Shown piece by piece: positions 53,201 to 62,200 of a DNA stretch of 64,000 nucleotides. Within the stretch, counting starts at the first letter, position 1; each line of letters opens with the position of its first letter. The position numbers were made by a program, and so were the translations under genes. Below the pieces are notes generated by a model that saw only the letters and a program-made list of their open reading frames with translations, made no database searches and was not told the origin of the DNA. The stretch is from Bispira polyomma (lineage: Eukaryota), in assembly GCA_965649765.1 (NCBI GenBank), contig OZ287752.1:58404001-58468000 (forward strand), in the 5' to 3' direction.

Positions 53201-56200
53201 GTTTCCTGAGAGTTTTTGGTTTCCTCTGCCGTAGTCAGTTCTATTATTTCCTAGTATGTCGGGACTTAGGTATTATAATATTTAATACATCAATAAAGCA
53301 AATGAGGTTCTTTTTTCTTTTAAACGTTTTTTTGCAATTTGAATGGAAGCTACTACTTATATAAATATACTGGATATTTGAAAGAATGGCACATATAGTA
53401 GTAGAAATTCAAGTTTTTTAAACAAGTTTACACTTTGGGTAAGCTCCCAAAAAATTGTTCTTTAAACGACAACTTTTTAAACCAAACTCTCAGAATTATC
53501 TATCAGATACCTACATAATATCTGTCATCATTTCTTTGCTTAGGGACACTGTTTTTTTTGACAAAAACCTTTTTCTAGTTTAAATTAGTGTAAGTTTGAA
53601 CAATTATTGTTCTATTGCACTCCTTAAAGTCCAGGGGCTGTGCACAAAAGGGATCAACGAAAAATCAGCTAAAGTAGAGCCAAAACTCAGGATAAGTTAA
53701 GCCAAAAATTAGCTGAGCCAAAAATCAGCTCAAATTTTTGGATCGAATCAAATTTGGTATTCACTAAAAAGTTAAGCTGATTTTTCGCTCATCTTTTGGC
53801 TTAACTTTGATCTATCCATTTAGGTGGATCAAGATTTAGATCAAAGTTAGGAGCTTTGTAATATACAAACTAAGAATGCTTGCATAAAATAAATCCTTGG
53901 TAAACTATATCTGATTCTTTAACTTTACGTATGTCATTTAAGAGTAACTATTTACAGTTCTATGTTGGTTTAAATTGTTGTGAAAAGAGGCTATGTTTTG
54001 TGTATTTTTTGCAAGGATCAAAAGTGGATTGAGGTTCAGTTTTTCCATTGAATCAAAACATATTTAAAATATTCTTTTGCTTACAATAATCAACCTGATG
54101 CACAAAAATATACTTGTAATGGAAATATGTTCATATTACAGCTGTTTAAGATGTATAAAAAACTTAAACCTGTTTTTTTGTGGTTAATAATTATATAAAT
54201 TTTAGCTAGCTGATCCTTGCTTTGTGAGTACTGATTTGATCTAAAGATCAGCTGAGCCTTTTTTTTTAGCTGATATTCATCCTGAGCTGATTTTTCGCTC
54301 AGCTTGGTTTATCTTTGTGAATACGGGCTAAGATTGAAATGGTTAGTCAATTTTGTTCGCCAGTTAACCGTTTGAAGTCACCACCGAGTAACCGGTTAAC
54401 CTTGAACTGTATGTATACAGACTGATTCATATTACCACAACGTAAACTATCTACTGTGGGTTGTGTAAACACCTCAGTATAAACTATAATAAGGGGCTGT
54501 GAGATTTATAGCAGTTAACTGTTCTGACAGACCGGTTAACATTCTCGCAACCTATTACTTAAGTACTACGGTTAACCCTTTCAACCTTAATACTGGCGCT
54601 GTAATAAAAATTGGAAGTCTATAGTTGGCCATAGTATAGGTTTGTAGTTCGTGTTTTCTAACATTATTCACCTCATTTTATGAGTTTCCTTGCTATGGTA
54701 TCGGACTTCCACGCTTAATCTGTGTAATGCCTGTATATATACTGTGTCATAGTGTCGTTTTCAAGATTATGGGTGTAACTTTTTGAATATTTAACAGCAA
54801 TTTTATCTTTGGGTATTGTTATGTTTGGTATGTATTTGTTAATGTAATTATGATTCACCCCAAGAAAATGGTGTGTTGGTTAATAGAATTACTATTTTCT
54901 GAATATTCAATAAGTAGGGTCCCGTATCATGTTTTCGACGCACTGTATTGATTTTGTACTATTTTATGATAATGTATATTTTTATTAAGTACACCGAAAA
55001 CCCTAACGAACTTTATACTAATAATTCATTTTAAATAATTGAAGGATTTATAAAGCGCCAAAGTATAGAGTGCCGGTATTACATAATAAAATCGATAAGA
55101 AAATGCGGAAAATAAATGAAAATTCTTGAGTAACTTCTGTTTTCAAGTGACGCTGTGACCTTTTAGAGCTCCCACTTTAGAATTAATGTATTCAGAATAC
55201 TTGTAGCTTTACTATAACGCTGGAAAGTGGATGACTACGACAAAAAGGAAGTCTATAGTTGACCATAGTGCACTTTGTGATAAGTTACTTTATAAATATA
55301 TATTTTCCTCTAGTGTGAAGATTTCTTTACTATGGTGCCGGACATCCCAGTAGTTGCAGGAGTAATTCAGGAATTTATATACATTATGTGAAGGTGTTTT
55401 TGCATTATGGGTAACAGAGTTTGAATGTTGTGGCATGAATACCTTCTTTTGAATGTGGCAAAACAAGTGTTATCCAATTCTGATCATCCTGAAATTTTTA
55501 TATTATTATTTCATCCCATATCCCATTTTATGTCTTTTATATCAACTGTTTATTATTCAGGGAAACTGTCATCATCATTGTTCAAAATTGTTGAGTGCAG
55601 AAAAGATGCACATTTGATTTATGAAAATGTACTATCAGTAGCAGGATTTTTCCTGGTCAAAAATAGATCTATGTACCACATGGCTGCTGAGAACAGGGCT
55701 AATATTCCCAAGGTGTAATTCTTAAATTTTTATCTCAATTAATTTGATCAGTTGAAAATATTGTCTCAAAGAATTCGTTTGGCTGAGACTAAGAAAATTC
55801 TAAGAATTGCTTTCTAAGAATATGTTTGCCAATACGGCCCCAGATGTCTGTGTGGAAAGAAAAGAATTATTGTGAGAGCCTGTTGTCGAGGTACATTTTG
55901 TTTGTACCCTGTTTGTTCCTCCAGCACCATTCAGCTGAAAAAAGTGACAGTCAGGCTTAGGATAAAATAATATACATGTGAATCAAATTTGTTAAAGTAA
56001 ACGATACAGTTGGACCCCTTTAACTCGAACCTCAAGAGATCAGGAGAAATACCTCCACATAAGCAGGATTTCCACTTGACAAGGTCAATTTTAAAAGAGG
56101 AGGCTTTTGTGGGACTATCATATTTTTTGAATTTAGCCAAGTTTTAGGCTTAAATCTAGCACAAAAGTATTCTAGATTTAAGACTAAGACGTGGCTAAGT

Positions 56201-59200
56201 CCGTTAGTGAATACCGCCCCTGGACTTTAAAAGGAAGTCTATAATTGACCATAGTATAGGGATGTGTATGATTTTATATTTAAAATTTGTTTGTAATCAC
56301 TAAGTGACTATGTCTTTGTTATGGTACCGGACTTCCAAGTATTGGTTTGTTAAATTGATGAATTTATACTAGTAACCATCACACAGTTCATTTTTATGGT
56401 TTAGAAAGTTTGAATATTTATGTCAGTAATGCTTGTGCACTGACATTTTTTGTGTGACAAATTTAGTAAGTTTGTACAGGTAGTGTTTCAATTACATGTA
56501 GTAAGATTGACTTTACTTGTAACTGCCAGCTGTATTGGCAGGATTAATGTTCTAAAGTATTCTTATTAACTGTGTAATTGTATCCACCGATTAGGTGGAT
56601 ACTTTGGGTTTTTTACGCCGTCGCAGAGAGATTTTTGCCGTTAACACTCTCAGCGGAAAACTAGACCAGGTAGCTTCACCAAATTTGCAGGATATCTTAA
56701 TTGGGAGGTAAGCTTCTCTGCGACTGAAATAAACCTCATTCTGAAAAACAAAATGGCCGCCATCAGCATTTCTTTGAAAATGTTCCACCTTTTTCTACTG
56801 GCTGGTTCTCGTAACTAGAAGGTTAAATCTCTTCAAAGGTGATATGTATAACATATATATGTCCTCAACAAAAATGCAGACATTTGACCTTGAGGCTCTT
56901 CATTCAAGGTCATCCACGGAGTGCCAAAGTACCCCACATAGTGAACTTTAAAAGTGCCTATATCTCCCTTATTATTGGTCCAAGAAGTTTGGCATGTGAA
57001 GCCTACCTATAGAAAATCATGGGATGGGAATCTTCTGATGTGGTCAGGTTTGACCTTGGGCCCCTCATTCAAGGTCAAACAATGTATCCAAACTTGAAAG
57101 TGCTTATAACTCGCTTATTATTGGTCCTAGAGGTTTGCATTATGAAACCAACTTATAGGTAATCATGGGCTGGGAATCTTCTGATGTGGTCAGATTTTAC
57201 CTTGGGCCCCTCCATCAAGGTCAAATGGCAATAGCTAAACTTAAAAGTGACTATATCTCCCTTATTATTGGTCCTAGAAGTTTGGCATGTGAAGCCTACC
57301 TATAGGAAATCATGGGCTGGGAATCTTCTGATGTGGTCAGCTTTGACCTTGGGCCCCTCATTCAAGGTCAAACAAGGTATCCAAACTTGAAAGTGCTTAT
57401 AACTCGCTTATTATTGGTCCTAGAGGTTTGCATTATGAAACCAACTTATAGGTAATCATGGGCTGAGAATCTTCTGATGGGGTCAGATTTAACCTTGGGC
57501 CCCTCCTTCAAGGTCAGACGAGGGTAGCCATAGCTTGGCTGCTTCCTACCTAGGGTGCTCTGTCTTTCTGGTGGATACAAATATGCATTGGTTTTCTGAT
57601 GTGCTGGAGTCTAGTTAAGTATGTCTTCACCTATTAACACTTTTCTTTTTTTGGTGTATATTTTGTACTTTATTTTTGTACTCCTATTTCTTGTGGATTT
57701 TTGTGTTAGTCAAGGGTTAATACATAGTTCATATTGGGTGTGATTAAGTCAGTCAAATATTTATGTTGCAAGGAAAACTGAACACAAAACACAAGGTCAA
57801 CAAATTGACTATACCTTATTTTAGACCAAGTTTATTGTTGTCGTTTAGTGGCATTTCGTAGCCACTGACGACAGAGTGGTTACCAATCACAAAACTTATG
57901 AGGCACTCTATATACATCAATGTTACACTTAACTGAGTTGACAAATATTTTCAAACATATATGAAACACTGATTTAAACAGAAATACTGGGAGGTATTTG
58001 CTATATGTGCCTACAGATCATAAATATAAGTTAAAAACATTTAAGAAATAATAACACGTACTCATACTGTAACATAATCATATTTTTATGTATTTTAAAA
58101 ATTTCCGAAAGATATTCACCAAAGTTATAATTTTCTTTATATTTGCCAAAGTTATAATTTCTTTATCCATATAGTTATTTCATTTTTCAGATATTGACAT
58201 GTTATCCCATGTATGATATTTTTGCTTCATAATATTTTCTAAAGTTTTCTGGTTTGCAAATATAAATACGGCAATTAAAGACCAAATAAATTTAATTTTC
58301 AACATCGAAACTTGAATTTGAATTTGGATATTTAACATCCACTCTAGTACCTTTTAGTAGGTTATATTGGGACGGGTAGTTGGAAACACTGGAGGAAACA
58401 CTCAAGGTTCTGCAGAGAAACCAGCGGCCCACAGTAAGGAACTACCACCTTTCCCACATAGGCATCGACGGGATTCGAACTCATGCCGCCCAGAGGTGAG
58501 AGACCAGTGATTGTGAAGCGCAATGCTTGCTAACCACTAGGCCACTGCGGCCAACATCGAGACAACAAAGCTTACATATAACTTATAATATGACACCATT
58601 ACAAATCTATTCATACAATAGTACACTTTGTTCAATACAAAATGGTGGTAATGTTTTAAATATTAAAGAGATAAAATTTTGAAATACTTCTACACGGCAG
58701 ATGTTTGCAATTAGTTTTGATGTGAAAAGTGGGTTTGATTTCACAAACTTCGAAAAATAAAATCAATAAACTCAAATCTGTTCAAGTAAACGATAGAGTT
58801 GAACCCCTTCAACTCGAACCTCAAGGGAATGAAAGGATTAGGAGAAACACCTCTACTCATAAGCTGGATTTCCACTTACCAGGGTATATTTTAAAAGAGA
58901 AGGATTTTGTGGGACAACAGTGTTTTCTCCGCATAAAAGAGAATCAACTTAACAGTGTTCTACTTATAATTAAGGGTTCTGACTTTTAATTTATTTAAAT
59001 TATCTAATTTTTGTGCATCAGTTAATTCTGAAAACAGTTTACATACAATTTGAACTCCTTTAAGCAGAATCTCAAGGGACAAGGTCAAATATCTCTACTC
59101 AAGCAGGATTTTCACTTAACAGGGTAGATTTTAAAGAGAAAGCTTTTCTTGGACTACTATGTTTTTTGCACATAAAAGATAAATCGACTTAACAGACTTC

Positions 59201-62200
59201 TACTTAAAGGGGGTCAGTTTAATCTGAAAATAGTTTACTACAGTTTGGACTCCTTTAAGTAGAATCTCATGGGACAAGGTGAAATATCTACTTAAGCATG
59301 ATTTCCACTTAACAGGGTAGATTTCAACACTTTTGTAGGACTACAATTTTATAATTAAAAGGAAGTCTATGATTGACCATAGCATAGGGATGTGTATATA
59401 TTTATGTTTAACATTAGTTTCGTAATCACTAAGTGAATATGTCTTTGTTATGGTACCGGACTTCCAATTTTATATTTGTTAACTTGATGAATTTATACTA
59501 GTAACTGTCATGCAGTTCATTTTTATGGTTTAGAAAGTTTGAATATATAGGTCAGTAATGCTTATGCAGTTATTTTTTGTGTGACAAATTTATTTATCAA
59601 TTAGTAAGATTGACTTTTCCTTTAACTCCCAGCTATATTGGGAGAATAAATTTCCTAAAATATGCTTATTAACTGTATGAAAAAATGAATGAATAAATTA
59701 ATAAATCAAATAAACTGCCTGCAATAAGTAATAAGGATCCAATGATATTAAATTTAACTAATACTCTTATTTTTTGTAAGATTTTTTTTGATAGTCAAGG
59801 GTTAATATATAGTTGATATTGGGTATGATTAAGTTTGTTGAATATTTGTGTTGCAACAACAACTGAACATAAAACACAAGGTCAAAAAATTGACCATACT
59901 TTATGTTAGACCAAGGTTATTGTTCATATTTTGTGGTATTTTGTAGGCACTGGCGATAGAGTGGTTACCATTCACAAAACCTCAAAAAAAATCTAACATG
60001 GCTATTTTTCTATCTTCGGTATAATAAAAGTAAACATACATATATTTTCTATATAACTTTCTTTCGAAATGTTAATATTAGTGTCTATTTTATCATGAGT
60101 ATAAGTACTTACAGGTGGGGTAATATTAATTGTAATATTGTGCATGGTTATTGTGTATTCATTATTACAACCACAAACTATATGGTAAAGTGATAATTTT
60201 TTGCACGTTCTTGTACTATGACAGATTTGTGAAGTTTTGCAAACTCTGGTGGCTACAAAAACTACAAAACTGCGTCTAACCTCATTCATAAAACTTCTTA
60301 ATTTTTACTTTTAAAAATAACCCACTCGACGACAGTTAAATCAACATTATGATTACTTATTTTGGAATTAGTTTCTTTTCTCTTCAAAATGTTATTCTAT
60401 AATTTTACAATGCTGAAATTTATATGCTGTATATGTTAATAAATATGTGTATGGAAAACTAATTTTCATACACACAATATGTACAAGAGAAAGGCTATGA
60501 TTGGCCATAATGCAGAGATGAGGGTATTTTATGTTTAAACATTATTCTTTAATCACTAAGTGAGCTTTCCTTATTATGGTACCAGACTTCCAGTTAATGT
60601 TTGCTCTGCTATGTGTATTTATACTAGTACATACTGCACAGCTCATGGTTATGGTTTGTAGGGTTTGAATATTTATAGTACAATCACACTAGTTTGTCAA
60701 TACTTGTACTCGTTGTTTTAATACAAAACTGCTTTCTACTAAATGGTTACAAAACATGGACTTCACAGACCATAGGAAGTATTCACAAAAGGGCTAAGTC
60801 TAGACATTGACTTAGATCTAGTGTACTTTTGTGCTACATTTAGGACAATGTCTAGATTTACCCTTTTGTCAATACTGCCCCAGATGTTCTCTTGAAATGT
60901 TTAACTAATTTTTCTTCTAGTGTAGATTTTTTAGTGGGGATCCTATCTTCTGATTTGTTTAGTTTTGGAATCCGAACTAAACTTTCAGCCTCAAATAGTG
61001 TTAATTGTATAACAAAGCCCTTCAAATGCATTTCTCCAAAAAAAGTTTCTGTGAGAAGAACAGAAAAAGGGAAGTCAATAATTGACCATAGTGCACTGGT
61101 TTGTTAGCTTATTTATATTTCATTATTTCCGTTTGTGGAGATTTCTTTACTATGGTACCGGACTTCCATTATAGTGAGTAAAGTTGCACTAAATTATGTA
61201 CCATAAGAAGAACAATTTCCTACATTATGGTTGAAGTGGTTTGAATATAAGAAGAGGTATATATTTTTTCTTTTTTAAACCAGTTTAAAAATTTCCTGTA
61301 TTTGGGATGTTGGGTATTTAAAAATAGAATTTAAAATATTTGCAATAGATATATAAACACCTATACTAGGATATACCAGTATGTGTTTTTTTTTACCAGA
61401 AATCCTTGAGAAATTACTATATTCTAGAAATACACTTGTCTTCGATATAATATAAGACCAGACTCACCAGAGTAGGTTTCTACTTTTGATGATTTTTATT
61501 GTAATCTATCCGACACATCTTAAGGTTCAAATATTCCCCGAGTAGATAATACAGTCCAACCCCTTTAAGTAAAATTATCTGTTAAGTAGAAGTTATTTTA
61601 AGATGCCATTTAGTATATTTGTAATTGATGAAATTTACCCCGTTAAATGTAATAAATTTTCTGTGTTTCACAAGAATCAAAAGAAGTCTATAGTTGACCA
61701 TAACATGGGGTGTTTTTGTATTTCAAACATTTCTTTCTGTCACTTTGTGAGCTTGTCTTTGTTATGGTACCGGACTTCCATCTATTGTGATACCACTACA
61801 AATCCATTTATATAATAGTACACTTTGTTTAATGCAAAATGGTGGCAATGGTTTGAATAATTAAAGAGGTAAAAATTTTAATACTTCTGTGTGACAGATG
61901 TTCATGGAAAAGTATTTGCAAAGTATTAATTTTAAAAGTGGGTTTGATTTTACAAAGTATTCATATGAAAAGTGAAAGAAATTAACAAACGGTCTTTAAG
62001 TCTTAACTTAGTCTTCAGTTTAACTAATTAACTGATTAAGATAGACTGCATTTATACAAGTAAAATAACAATGGAAAAATTGAGTATGTGACAAGCATCA
62101 GTATATATCTAATCAGTTAGTAACATTTATTGCTTGCTGTAGTAACATTCATTGCTTGCTATTTGTCTAGTGTATACTGGTATTTGTCGTGACAGACATT

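Noticed and set aside
52419-61779. Interpreting the GGAAGTC...GACTTCC units as MITEs with terminal inverted repeats
   Set aside because: No TSDs; all copies lie in one orientation in one intron; the asymmetric bulges are conserved; promoter motifs are position-locked on one side with oligo-T on the other.
52419-61779. Interpreting the units as intronic snoRNAs, pre-miRNAs, vault RNAs or SL RNAs
   Set aside because: No C/D or H/ACA boxes; loops are too large and variable for pre-miRNA; no internal A/B boxes as in vault RNA; no conserved Sm site or splice donor as in SL RNA. A plus-strand role is not fully excluded because of some G-U pairs.
52271-61858. CRISPR-like repeat-spacer array
   Set aside because: Eukaryotic intron; units are 0.5-3 kb apart and irregularly spaced; no cas genes.
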